Below are positions 55,193 through 64,000 of a stretch of DNA of 64,000 bases, piece by piece. Within the stretch, counting starts at the first letter, position 1. Each line of letters starts with the position of its first letter. Made by a program: the position numbers and the translations under genes. The notes under the pieces were generated by a model. The model was not told the DNA's origin. It saw only the letters and a list, made by a program, of their open reading frames with translations, and did not search any database. This DNA is from a virus. Lineage: Duplodnaviria > Heunggongvirae > Uroviricota > Caudoviricetes. The stretch lies in IMG/VR virus record IMGVR_UViG_2687453623_000004; one strand, 5' to 3'.

Positions 55193-55969
55193 CTATTTAA
55201 TACGTATGAAATCTAAAGAGTATTTAATTGATGATTTCGTTGATTGAAACCATTTCAAATGCGACCACTCTGGGCCTGACAATAGAGTCAGTAGCGTTTT
55301 TTTATCTCTTTCCTTCATTCTTAACCCAAAAGCTATAGAATTGACCGCTAAAGGTTCAAATTTCCTTGCTCCAAAATTCTCCACAATCAATCGGCGCTCC
55401 CTTTCATATTTCCAACTTGTGTACTTTGTCGTTAAAATAGAAAGTAAAATATCCCCGCAAATATTATCAAACCCGTTAAGGCATTCATTATCCTCAAAAT
55501 AATGAATACGTTTAACAATATCATCAAAGGGATAATTATCCTGATATTCCACATCTGCTTCCAAAAAAGAAACCCCAGCTTTCTTCAAATACTCCTCTTT
55601 AAAGCCAATGCAAATACCTTTATGTTCATCGGCATAATGTGACCACATCAATTGATTTTTCCTCGCTTTACTAAAGGAACAAATTCCGACTTGCTGCAAT
55701 GACTGTTTAAGATATCTCTCATATTTAATTCTCATATCAAGAGGCAGTGGATAATGTTTCCAAACAGCATCAAGCACATTTGAAAATGAAGAATTTGCTT
55801 CAAAAGGATCATTAAGAGTATCTGGTTTTGCAAACCATAACTCACGATTCAATAACAGCTTCAGATTGTTTTTATCAAACTTACGATACTTAAATAAAAT
55901 TCCTGGCTTTGTTATGTGTATCACATCCTCTCCTGTTAATTCACAATTCTTATTAAAAACAACAAACAC
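55193..55969 (-). CDS. hypothetical protein, possibly DUF2971-like (start may be GTG at 55924)
   Basis: 258-aa frame; segment …ILFKYRKFDKNNLKLLLNRELWFAKPDTLNDPFE… resembles the N-terminal signature I associate with DUF2971; first codon is GTG, and an alternative GTG at 55924 has a better RBS (ggagagg). Confidence 0.45.
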   Translation of the reverse strand: MFVVFNKNCELTGEDVIHITKPGILFKYRKFDKNNLKLLLNRELWFAKPDTLNDPFEANSSFSNVLDAVWKHYPLPLDMRIKYERYLKQSLQQVGICSFSKARKNQLMWSHYADEHKGICIGFKEEYLKKAGVSFLEADVEYQDNYPFDDIVKRIHYFEDNECLNGFDNICGDILLSILTTKYTSWKYERERRLIVENFGARKFEPLAVNSIAFGLRMKERDKKTLLTLLSGPEWSHLKWFQSTKSSIKYSLDFIRIK

Positions 55970-56041
55970 TAAAAAAAATCATGAAAGGGGTGCATTAAAA
56001 ACACCCCTTAAGATCATTAAAACAGCATTAAATGCCGTTCG

Positions 56042-56548
56042 CTATAACTTTTCCTCCAATTCTTTTTCGTTTATTACTGTATACAACCTATTTATAAACG
56101 AGACATTTCTCCAAATAAGAACAATAACGCATGACAGTTGAGTCAGTAATATACTCAAGATATATACACAACTCACACCTTTAATAAGGTGACGATTGTT
56201 CGCATAGAAATCCGTACCGCGGAGAACAGCATTAAATGCGTAAAAAGCAATAATAAAAATTAATACAGTAGCGGACATAATGATAATAAGAATCATACCT
56301 TCTATGCGCTTCGCTTCACTTTTGCTTGCTAAAAAATCCACTTTTTCAGATTTCATCAAACCAGCGATTGCATTTGGATAGAGATAAGCTAGCCAAATAC
56401 CAGCAATTGCAAAAATCATCGCGGACGTATTTTGCAAAACACCAAGAAGATCAACAACATATGAATATTTGACGCTTTCTGAAATGCTAAAACCGCCAAC
56501 AAGCAGAACGAAGGCCATGAGAATCCCAATAAGGATCTTTATTATCAC
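56042..56548 (-). CDS. four-helix integral membrane protein (candidate effector), translationally coupled to the upstream gene
   Basis: 168-aa ORF starting with GTG 2 nt after the upstream TGA, with RBS ggagga inside the upstream gene's last codons; four hydrophobic segments. Confidence 0.6.
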   Translation of the reverse strand: MIIKILIGILMAFVLLVGGFSISESVKYSYVVDLLGVLQNTSAMIFAIAGIWLAYLYPNAIAGLMKSEKVDFLASKSEAKRIEGMILIIIMSATVLIFIIAFYAFNAVLRGTDFYANNRHLIKGVSCVYILSILLTQLSCVIVLIWRNVSFINRLYTVINEKELEEKL

Positions 56549-56549
56549 A

Positions 56550-57710
56550 TCATCCTCCTATAGCGACCTCATTGTTATTTCCCGAAGGTATAACTTGAGT
56601 TTTATCAATCTCATAACCATCGAGACCACTTACGAGTTCTTTTCGTTTATCATTAATTAACTCTGCCAATTTCTCAGCCGAGATATGTGCGTTATCATTT
56701 ACAGTATAAGTAGCATTCAAATAATCACGCATAACATATTCATCTAACCACTTAGTCTGCCCATTCTTACCATCCTGTTTGAAGCCGATATTGTTCCAAG
56801 AAGAGCCGAAAGCATAATCCTCTTCATAAAAATCGAAAAGTTCGTCAATTTGCTTTTCAGTTGGTCTTTCTTCAATAATTAACTCTATCTGTCGTTCTTT
56901 ATGAGTCTTAGGTACTTCATCACGTAATACAGGAAATTTATCAAAAGCCTTTACCCACCAAGCTCTTTTATCTGGAACTTTAGCTCCAATTGTATCTCTT
57001 ATTACAATATGTGTTATAGAGTCACGAATCTTCTTTATATTTATACGCCCAGCTTTTTTCATATACTGCTGCGCTTCAAATAAAAATCTTACTCGTGAAC
57101 TTCCGTCATCACTTTCAAATGTAACAACACTAAACTTTATGTCTTTCCCACCTGGATTTGGTCTGCATACTTCTGCAATTTTACGCCCGGGATATGGCAT
57201 TCTGAAATTAGCATAATCTCTAATATAGCGACTAAAAAGATAAGTGTCTGAGTTTGAGTGAGGGAAACGAATTGCAGCAAATTTATTGAACTCAGGGATG
57301 TACCAGTAATAACATGGCTTACCCCAAATATATTTAACCCCATCAGTCATATCATCCGAAAGCATCTTAACGTCACTAGATGATGAATTTACCTGTGAAT
57401 CTGGCGCAACCCCCTGAAGATTACCATTGCCATCAAGTTCTGATTTCCAAAGCACAAAAAAATAATCGCCTGTCTTTTCATCTTTATGCACACCTCGACA
57501 ATAAACCTTTTTCCGCAGTCTAGAGTCATCAACCAATGGTAGGGTTTCTTCAAAAGAACGAGAACAAACCCAGTTGGACAGGGAGTCTAATATATTTACA
57601 ATATCCGTGCTTTTTTGAACTTCATCCTTAAGATTGTAAAAACCAGCTTTCGTTACATCAAAAAATGTTAAGCGCCCTGCTTCTTCAGCCATGATACTAC
57701 CTTGCAACAT
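56550..57710 (-). CDS. hypothetical soluble protein (~380 aa), first gene of a two-gene cargo operon (no family recognised)
   Basis: 386-aa ORF (likely start at the second ATG, 57692, which has an upstream aagg) MLQGSIMAEEAGRLTFFDVTKAGFYNLKDEVQKSTDIVNILDSLSNWV…; ~390-bp AT-rich upstream intergenic region. Confidence 0.6.
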   Translation of the reverse strand: MLQGSIMAEEAGRLTFFDVTKAGFYNLKDEVQKSTDIVNILDSLSNWVCSRSFEETLPLVDDSRLRKKVYCRGVHKDEKTGDYFFVLWKSELDGNGNLQGVAPDSQVNSSSSDVKMLSDDMTDGVKYIWGKPCYYWYIPEFNKFAAIRFPHSNSDTYLFSRYIRDYANFRMPYPGRKIAEVCRPNPGGKDIKFSVVTFESDDGSSRVRFLFEAQQYMKKAGRINIKKIRDSITHIVIRDTIGAKVPDKRAWWVKAFDKFPVLRDEVPKTHKERQIELIIEERPTEKQIDELFDFYEEDYAFGSSWNNIGFKQDGKNGQTKWLDEYVMRDYLNATYTVNDNAHISAEKLAELINDKRKELVSGLDGYEIDKTQVIPSGNNNEVAIGG

Positions 57711-58105
57711 GTTTAAAATGACTACATTCTATACTTAGCAAGCAAAAGTGCTCACTGGTAATTTAAACAGCAGAAAACAACTGTTTATGCATGCAGTATC
57801 ATAACAAAGTTCCACGTCACAGCGAAAGATAAGCAAACTTAGGCATCTTAATTACATTAGAATCCAACTTAACTTAGATTTCCCTGCTCCATTTTCCCAC
57901 ACATCACATGCTTGTGGGAATGCAGAAGCATAAGACCAGCCATAACTCTTAGGTAGCTGACGTTGGTCAAAATAACCACGTTAAGCTTTGCCCTCAGGCA
58001 TATATGCATACAACTCTCAGAGCGGTTTACGGTTCCCATTCCATACTATAATCTTGGAATCAATCGATGATCTGATTAATCTCAGTAGTATATTCATGTC
58101 AATCA

Positions 58106-60385
58106 TCATTGATAATATGTTGAGAGTCCCGGCCATTCGTCAGCGACCGGATACATGAATTTTTTCCCGTCATAATTTACTGTTGCCCCACGCGCCAGCG
58201 CCTCAAGCTCCCATCGCTGCGGCCTGATACCGTTCTGAGCAAGGTCAACGCGGATACGGGTAATTTGCAATCGTTCCGACCGGCTCAGTCTGGCCGATGG
58301 TGCAATTTCATGTGGTTTTAACGTGCTTCCGTTTCTTTGCTGGCGGTTTGGTCTTCTCAGTCCGTGTTTTAATGCCCCCCTGAGCGCCCTCACGACCTCC
58401 GGGTCACTCCATTCGATGACACCGTCATCAACCAGATTAAGCACTGCTGAGGCGTGTTCAGAAGGCGTGGGAGCCGGTGACGAAGTATCACCACCGGTGA
58501 GCTTTCCACAGTTATTGACAGGACTCCGAGGCGCGGCGATGCCGCTTTTTAAAGTCAAAGGCTCAACGACCGGAACTTTCGGTACAATGCGCCAGTCCGT
58601 CGTTCTGGTGATATGAATATGACGCGCGCCGAGATGCGGCGCGTAAATGCCGACCACTCTCTCGACTTCTTCCTCGTACTCGTTAACGTCATCCGACGGG
58701 CTACGGGCGACCCTGACAGTCTGACAATCGCGCGGGACATTTGCCCCACCCTGCGCGCTGATATACAACGCAAAATCACCACTGTCTGCGGCGGCGCGTG
58801 CAGCCTCGACGCGCTCGTCAAACTCATCAGCAATGCTGACGCCGCGAGGCAATTTGCGTAGTTCACGGTAAGCCCCCATTGTCGGCAGGCCAACCGTTTT
58901 AAATTGCGGAATGCGCCACGTTGACGCCCATGCGGTAACAGCCGCGGCAGTATCTTTCAGCGGTCTGCCGGTATCGTTATCGAGCTGCCCATCCAGTGCA
59001 TAGCCGTCGATATTTTTTGAGATGTATTTCGCGATATACCCCGCAGCACCGCCCCGATTAAGATGTTTTGCCTGAAAACGGTTTCGCGCGGCACCTCTTT
59101 CGTCGCCATCCTCTTTGAGCGCATAGCGACGCATGATTTCGATAATCTGGTTACGCTGGCGTGGATTACAAAAAAGCATCATATGCCAGTGTGGCGTTCC
59201 GTCATGGTGTGGCTCGACGACACGCAAACCGTAGGCCTGTAAATCATTATCCTTGAATGCCGTGCGCATCAGGCTCCAGATACGGCAGAGATAACGCTGC
59301 GCATCCTTTGGATTAAATGCCTCATCGTTCCAGCCGTGATTAAGCTGAACGGTTTTACTTTCGCCTTTTCCGACCTGACGTGTCGGGTGATACTTTGACG
59401 GTGCGGTCAGCGTGATAAACATCCCCACATCACCCTCTGCGGCGGCGTAACGCTCAATACCGGCGATGGTGTTCATCAGCTCCATCCGGCGAATTTCTGG
59501 ATTAGAAATACTGCCCATCACCTTACTGATAAGGTCGATGCGCTCGCCGGTTTCCCTGTTTTCAAGGTCACACGATTTAAGAAATTCCAGATTTGCCTGG
59601 CGGCGTGCACGCACATCACGAATGGCGTGTTTACTGGCATAAGGTGAGCGGTCTTTATTAACCTCCCCGACAGCTATCAGTAACGCTTCATGCCAGCGCA
59701 TACGCTGTCCTTTAAGCTGATGAGTCCACCACTCATCATTAAACAGACGGGCAATGGCAGAATATGCCTGCCTCGTGGTCATCTGTCCTTTACGGTATTT
59801 TTTCCAGTAGAGCGGGGAAATATTGAAAGCACGTGCAGCGCCAGCAACATGACCATACAGATGCGCCTGCGCCTCATCCGTAAACAGCGATTCTTTTTCG
59901 CCATGTGCATCAACCCATGCATCGCAGAGTTCCTCATACATCATGAAAAGCTGCGATGAAATACGGGCGGCAAACTTTTTCAGCTCCTTGTCATTCATCC
60001 CCGGCAGACGCGCATAATGGTCACGCTCTGTCAGAAACAGCAACGACGCGTCGGTGTTCATTTCATGGCGCTGATTAACGCGCTCAATGCGCGGCCATAA
60101 ACGACGCTGAAAAGTGGATGTGAGGAAATAAAACCCGTGCACCGGGCTTTTAGTGCGCCGGATGTAGTCGTAGCGTGAAGTAAACAGCGAGCGCAAAAAA
60201 TAAGGCAGGCGGTTAATCGTGGATAAAACACCTTGCACCTGACGCATCTCGTCACGTGTAAGGGGTCTTTCGCGCCCGACAGCCTCGCGTGGCGCGTTCC
60301 ATGCATAAGCACCGGTAAACGTCTTACCGGTGCCTGCGGCAAATGCTGACGGAGGGACAAAACGCCCGGAGGCTTTAACGGCCAT
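58106..60385 (-). CDS. A: replication initiation protein A (rolling-circle nickase)
   Basis: ~760 aa from ATG 60385 (MAVKASGRFVPPSAFAAGTGKTFTGAYAWNAPREAVGRERPLTRDEMRQVQGVLSTINRLPYF…), matching P2 gpA. Confidence 0.9.
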   Translation of the reverse strand: MAVKASGRFVPPSAFAAGTGKTFTGAYAWNAPREAVGRERPLTRDEMRQVQGVLSTINRLPYFLRSLFTSRYDYIRRTKSPVHGFYFLTSTFQRRLWPRIERVNQRHEMNTDASLLFLTERDHYARLPGMNDKELKKFAARISSQLFMMYEELCDAWVDAHGEKESLFTDEAQAHLYGHVAGAARAFNISPLYWKKYRKGQMTTRQAYSAIARLFNDEWWTHQLKGQRMRWHEALLIAVGEVNKDRSPYASKHAIRDVRARRQANLEFLKSCDLENRETGERIDLISKVMGSISNPEIRRMELMNTIAGIERYAAAEGDVGMFITLTAPSKYHPTRQVGKGESKTVQLNHGWNDEAFNPKDAQRYLCRIWSLMRTAFKDNDLQAYGLRVVEPHHDGTPHWHMMLFCNPRQRNQIIEIMRRYALKEDGDERGAARNRFQAKHLNRGGAAGYIAKYISKNIDGYALDGQLDNDTGRPLKDTAAAVTAWASTWRIPQFKTVGLPTMGAYRELRKLPRGVSIADEFDERVEAARAAADSGDFALYISAQGGANVPRDCQTVRVARSPSDDVNEYEEEVERVVGIYAPHLGARHIHITRTTDWRIVPKVPVVEPLTLKSGIAAPRSPVNNCGKLTGGDTSSPAPTPSEHASAVLNLVDDGVIEWSDPEVVRALRGALKHGLRRPNRQQRNGSTLKPHEIAPSARLSRSERLQITRIRVDLAQNGIRPQRWELEALARGATVNYDGKKFMYPVADEWPGLSTYYQ

Positions 60386-60650
60386 ATGAGCCCAAAGCCT
60401 CTGAACAACGCTTGCTGAGTTGCTCAACCTGCGCGTTTAAATCAGCAAAAGACTTTGCGCTTCCGGTCAGAATATCGTGATGCATCAGGCCGGAAACGAG
60501 CTGGCTTAATTTCGGGTAATAACCAACCACCGCCAACCATTCCTGACCGGCGTTTTTACCGCTTTCCGCTCTCTTTTTCTCGTGGAGAATAAACTGAAAG
60601 CTGTCACTGGTAACGACATAACGTTCGCCAATTTCAATACGAATACTCAT
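60375..60650 (-). CDS. hypothetical protein (P2 orf83 position)
   Basis: 91-aa ORF in the early operon, overlapping the start of A. Confidence 0.5.
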   Translation of the reverse strand: MSIRIEIGERYVVTSDSFQFILHEKKRAESGKNAGQEWLAVVGYYPKLSQLVSGLMHHDILTGSAKSFADLNAQVEQLSKRCSEALGSYGR

Positions 60651-60871
60651 GACGTTCTCCGGTAATGTTTGTTTTTTGCTTCAAAGACTGACTGACAGGA
60701 AACACAACGCGTGGCTGACGGATAAGCCGCACGACGGGCAGCAGGTATTGGCACATCACACTCTTCGCAAACCAGCGCAGAAGCACCGCAATGTTTTACC
60801 CTCGCCGCGTTAATCTGGCGCTCCAGTAATTCAGCCTGTTGTTCCTGAATGAAATCTACGTTGTCCGGCAT
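60647..60871 (-). CDS. TraR/DksA-family C4 zinc-finger protein (P2 orf82 position)
   Basis: 74-aa ORF with CGASALVCEECDVPIP…TRCVSCQ four-cysteine motif. Confidence 0.65.
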   Translation of the reverse strand: MPDNVDFIQEQQAELLERQINAARVKHCGASALVCEECDVPIPAARRAAYPSATRCVSCQSVFEAKNKHYRRTS

Positions 60872-61176
60872 TACCAGTTCCTTTTGTCGTTCAGTTTCTT
60901 AAATTCATCAGCGCAATAGCTGGCGATTTCTGTCGTTAATTTTGTCAGCTCATCCACGGATGAAATTTGCTTGTGAAATACAGCGCGTTTAACAAGTAAA
61001 TTGACCACATCAGACAGGAGGTTTAATTCACTCTGATAAATCGCGATAACAGATTCAGTTATGTCGCACTTCTCTTTATCAAGACCAAGTTGAATAAGAG
61101 ACAAATCACCATTTTTCATAACGGCGATTTTTAAGGCGTTATTCGGTAATACAACCGAACGAGAACAGGACATCAA
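60871..61176 (-). CDS. hypothetical protein (P2 orf81 position)
   Basis: 101-aa ORF, stop/start overlaps with neighbours. Confidence 0.45.
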   Translation of the reverse strand: MMSCSRSVVLPNNALKIAVMKNGDLSLIQLGLDKEKCDITESVIAIYQSELNLLSDVVNLLVKRAVFHKQISSVDELTKLTTEIASYCADEFKKLNDKRNW

Positions 61177-61397
61177 AGCACCTCCCTGCGAGACAATCCG
61201 ATATTGTGAAATTTTTCCGACTCCTGACTGAGCAGCTCGACTATCTCCACGCGGGATAACTCCGCCTTTGTGATGTGGCGAATCATGGCGTCAAGATGAG
61301 AAGAAAAGCGCGTCGCTGCATCGGCCTGTGCTTCGGTTCTGGCCTGTTGCAGCAGTAATGCGTATTTACCGCACTGATTTTCAGAAACTGTATGCAT
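61173..61397 (-). CDS. hypothetical protein (P2 orf80 position)
   Basis: 74-aa ORF in the early operon. Confidence 0.45.
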   Translation of the reverse strand: MHTVSENQCGKYALLLQQARTEAQADAATRFSSHLDAMIRHITKAELSRVEIVELLSQESEKFHNIGLSRREVL

Positions 61398-61460
61398 GAC
61401 TTTCTCCAGGCAAAAAGAAGCCCCGCACGATTAAGTGCGTTAAAAACTCTGGTTAATTAC

Positions 61461-61961
61461 TTAATGCAGATATTGCTCTGGTTTTACCGACGTCAGAATT
61501 GTCGGTGCATACTCAAACAGGCTGAATAATTCACGTAATGCACGGAATAAAGCATCACGCCAGTAACATGATTCTTCATTAATTCGCCAGTATGGCTGGT
61601 TGAATTCTTTTTCAGTCAATCCGGCATGCATAAATAAAGTACGACGCTGACTGACTGTTAAAAAACTAATATATGCATACTCACTTGCACCGACCTGACG
61701 GCGTTTTGAGAATGCCCCACGCAATTCATCAATTGCACATACCAGTCGTTCACGTTCGACGTCGTTCATTTCTTCAAAACGCATCGTTGCGTGACGCTGT
61801 TTTAACTGTGCATGGAAGCAAACCGTTAGCCGTTCGCGTTCCATCATCTGATTATAATAATCACATGTCTCCTGCCAGCGAGGGACGGCCAGATGCTTAC
61901 CAATTATCCGGCGCATAGCTGCTGGCTGTTTTTCGACAAGATTAAGTGTCATCACTGTCAT
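61461..61961 (-). CDS. B: replication protein B
   Basis: 166-aa ORF MTVMTLNLVEKQPAAMRRIIGKHLAVPRWQETCDYYNQMMERERLTVCFHAQLKQRHATMRF…; size and sequence match P2 gpB. Confidence 0.8.
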   Translation of the reverse strand: MTVMTLNLVEKQPAAMRRIIGKHLAVPRWQETCDYYNQMMERERLTVCFHAQLKQRHATMRFEEMNDVERERLVCAIDELRGAFSKRRQVGASEYAYISFLTVSQRRTLFMHAGLTEKEFNQPYWRINEESCYWRDALFRALRELFSLFEYAPTILTSVKPEQYLH

Positions 61962-62215
61962 TTCCAGACCCTCCGGCTTTTCAGAAAGGTCAGAGCCCTC
62001 TTTAACGGACTCTGTTTTTTGGTGCGGATAATGATTCCCTTACGCCCCTTACCGTGGGTGATGGTGAAGTCAATCGCCCTGGGGCTTTCGTTACGCAATA
62101 ACTGAGCAATACAACGAGGCTCATTCATCCTTTCCACCTTAAGCCGCACGGCCATGTCTTGATTTGCTATAACTAATGCGATTTTTCCAGTCGTGCCATT
62201 CTGATGGAGCTTCAT
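61958..62215 (-). CDS. hypothetical protein (P2 orf78 position; start uncertain)
   Basis: 85-aa ORF; its 5' end overlaps the 3' end of the cox-like gene in another frame, so the true start is probably an internal ATG. Confidence 0.35.
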   Translation of the reverse strand: MKLHQNGTTGKIALVIANQDMAVRLKVERMNEPRCIAQLLRNESPRAIDFTITHGKGRKGIIIRTKKQSPLKRALTFLKSRRVWK

Positions 62216-62495
62216 CGACTAGCTGTGCTGCGTACTTGTCCCACTCACGACGATTAATCCATAACTCAGCATGACCTCCCGGCTTTAATGGGTCTGCCAT
62301 GTAAAAGGCAGGCAGCTTGCCTGCTTTCGCCATTTCAGCTACAGCGCGAGGCGTCTTACCGATGTAAAGAGCAAAACCCTCTTTCGAGAGTAGATCCGAC
62401 GGTGCGGCAGCGAGCTTGATGTCACATTTTTTACTTTTTGTGAGATCAGATACTTTTTCTCCAACATCGTTATTCATTTCTGATCCAATACTCAT
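62139..62495 (-). CDS. Cox-like excisionase/early regulator (HTH)
   Basis: 118 aa from ATG 62495 (RBS gaggat 6 nt upstream); contains HTH-like …FALYIGKTPRAVAEMAKAGKLP…; divergent from the C repressor gene. Confidence 0.55.
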   Translation of the reverse strand: MSIGSEMNNDVGEKVSDLTKSKKCDIKLAAAPSDLLSKEGFALYIGKTPRAVAEMAKAGKLPAFYMADPLKPGGHAELWINRREWDKYAAQLVDEAPSEWHDWKNRISYSKSRHGRAA

Positions 62496-62599
62496 TTTGA
62501 TATCCTCAACTTTGGTGCCATTCAACCAGAGCTATTTGAAGCCGCTCTGCGTTGTTCTGGCTTGTCGCATGCAACATAAATTACGAGATACGACAATTC
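62496..62599. promoter_or_regulatory. immunity switch region (divergent early and repressor promoters, operators expected)
   Basis: 104-bp intergenic region between divergent cox-like and C genes; placement by analogy with P2 Pe/Pc. Confidence 0.4.
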
Positions 62600-62911
62600 A
62601 TGTCAAATACACAAATCACATCTCAAGCAGAGAAACTCGCACTTATTAGGGAGTCAGAAAGGATGACAAGGAAGCAAGTCGCTGAATTAACTGGGATTAA
62701 CTACAACACCTATGCTGGATATGAGCAGGGAAAAGTAAAGATGTCTTTTGACGCAGGTATGAAATTTTTCAAGCCAGAAAGATTTCGCAAGTACCGTGAC
62801 TGGTTCATGTTTGATGAAACTGATCCCGCTGGCGGACAAATAGCCCCGGCGCTCGCGCACATTGGGCAAGACTCAACAACCTTGCACCACTCAGACCAAA
62901 AGACTGGCTGA
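62600..62911 (+). CDS. C: immunity repressor C
   Basis: 103 aa from ATG 62600 (MSNTQITSQAEKLALIRESERMTRKQVAELTGINYNTYAGYEQGK…GQIAPALAH…), paralleling recalled P2 C. Confidence 0.7.
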   Translation: MSNTQITSQAEKLALIRESERMTRKQVAELTGINYNTYAGYEQGKVKMSFDAGMKFFKPERFRKYRDWFMFDETDPAGGQIAPALAHIGQDSTTLHHSDQKTG

Positions 62912-63004
62912 CGATTTATTCAGCATATGTGTGCAGTAAATGTACGAAAGAAAATTGCATTAATTTTCAAGTAGTAGAAGTAAACAGCGTCATCGGAGGG
63001 CTTT

Positions 63005-64000
63005 ATGTCTATTAAAAAGCTCGATGATGGTCGTTATGAAGTGGACGTCAGACCGCAGGGTGCAGATGGAAAACGTATCAGGCGGAAATTTAAAACTAAA
63101 GGTGAAGCTCAAGCATTCGAACGTCATGTACTGGTTAACTACCACAACAAAGAGTGGTTGGAGAAACCAGCCGACCGCCGAACTCTTACAGAGTTGTTAG
63201 GCAGATGGTGGATATATCACGGAAAATCACATGAGCGTGGAGATATTGAACGGGGGCGTTTAACGACAATAATCGCCAAATTTGCAGAAATGGGAGTGTC
63301 CAGAGCTGACCAGCTAACAAAGAAAACGATAACTGATTATCGCGTTGTAATGATGAACGATGGTCTGAAACCAGCCAGCGTAAATCGACATCTGGCAATA
63401 ATGAGCGGGATGTTCACCAAGTTAATTGACGCCGGTGAATACCACTCTCACAACCCGTTCCGTGAGATTAAACGGTTACGTGAAGCTGTTACGGAAATGG
63501 CTTTTTTGTCCAGTGAAGAGATTACGCGGCTGTTATCCATGCTTGATGGTGATGAATTAAATGCAACTCTGGTCTGCCTTTCTACAGGTGGACGGTGGAG
63601 TGAAGTATCTAATTTAAAAGCTGAACACATCATTAACCAGATGGTTACGTTTATGAAAACTAAAAACGGAAAACGCAGGACAATTCCCGTTTCGCAGGAC
63701 CTGATTAAACGGATCAAGACCAAAAATTCAGGCAGGCTTTTTAATGCCAGTTACTACAAAGTGCGTAACGCTCTCAGGGAAGTAAAACCCGATTTACCTG
63801 ACGGACAAGCAGTACATGTTTTGAGGCATACATTTGCCACACATTTTATAATGAATGGAGGTAACATAATCACATTGCAGCGCATCCTGGGTCATTCTAA
63901 CATTCAGCAAACTATGACCTACGCACACTTTGCACCGGATTTCTTACAAGATGCTGTGACTCTTAACCCGGTGTCAGGAATGTCCATAATGCGTCCATAA
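63005..64000 (+). CDS. int: tyrosine integrase (P2 Int-like)
   Basis: 331-aa ORF MSIKKLDDGRYEVDVRPQGADGKRIRRKFKTKGEAQAFERHVLVNYHNKEWL… with catalytic region …HVLRHTFATHFIMNGGNIITLQRILGHSNIQQTMTYAHF…; stop codon is the last three bases of the window. Confidence 0.9.
   Translation: MSIKKLDDGRYEVDVRPQGADGKRIRRKFKTKGEAQAFERHVLVNYHNKEWLEKPADRRTLTELLGRWWIYHGKSHERGDIERGRLTTIIAKFAEMGVSRADQLTKKTITDYRVVMMNDGLKPASVNRHLAIMSGMFTKLIDAGEYHSHNPFREIKRLREAVTEMAFLSSEEITRLLSMLDGDELNATLVCLSTGGRWSEVSNLKAEHIINQMVTFMKTKNGKRRTIPVSQDLIKRIKTKNSGRLFNASYYKVRNALREVKPDLPDGQAVHVLRHTFATHFIMNGGNIITLQRILGHSNIQQTMTYAHFAPDFLQDAVTLNPVSGMSIMRP

Larger units (their letters stand above)
27811..64000. mobile_element. P2-like prophage (attR side at ~27811; int at the window edge, attL outside)
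   Basis: Near-complete P2 gene order ogr-D-U-T-E-FII-FI-(cargo)-G-H-I-J-W-V-S-R-lysCBA-K-Y-X-L-M-N-O / P-Q-cos-(cargo)-A-orf83..80-B-cox-C-int, with proteins matching recalled P2 sequences. Confidence 0.9.

Noticed and set aside
1-64000. CRISPR arrays, tRNA/tmRNA genes or rRNA
   Set aside because: No regularly spaced short direct repeats with unique spacers and no tRNA-like sequences at either prophage boundary; the only periodic repeats are coding repeats in tail genes and the 9-mer triplet.

Overview
This window reads as an Escherichia-type chromosomal segment with three blocks. (1) 1-18610: the right ~18.6 kb of a Mu-like transposable-type myovirus prophage (head, tail, baseplate, tail fibre with an invertible variable module, Gin/Pin-family invertase), ending in a Mu-like terminus about 170 bp beyond aroA. 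(2) 18611-27810: core chromosome (aroA, serC, ycaP, ycaO, focA, pflB and the first five codons of pflA). (3) 27811-64000: a P2-like prophage running from ogr to int, apparently inserted in the 5' end of pflA, with the int-side attachment site beyond the window. The P2-like prophage looks partly degraded: an IS21-family element with a 7-bp target duplication splits tail-fibre assembly gene G, and tape-measure gene T is frameshifted. It carries visibly AT-rich, non-P2 cargo at both positions known as P2 accessory/defence hotspots: the Z/fun position between FI and G (34.5-36.6 kb) and the tin/old position between cos and A (54.3-58.1 kb). The tin/old cargo, in particular a translationally coupled pair of a ~380-aa soluble protein and a 4-helix membrane protein, is the best candidate for a possibly undescribed anti-phage system. 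I could not match these cargo proteins to any named family from sequence alone apart from a tentative DUF2971 resemblance. No rRNA, tRNA or CRISPR array was seen. All homology statements rest on recall of protein families, not on a database search.
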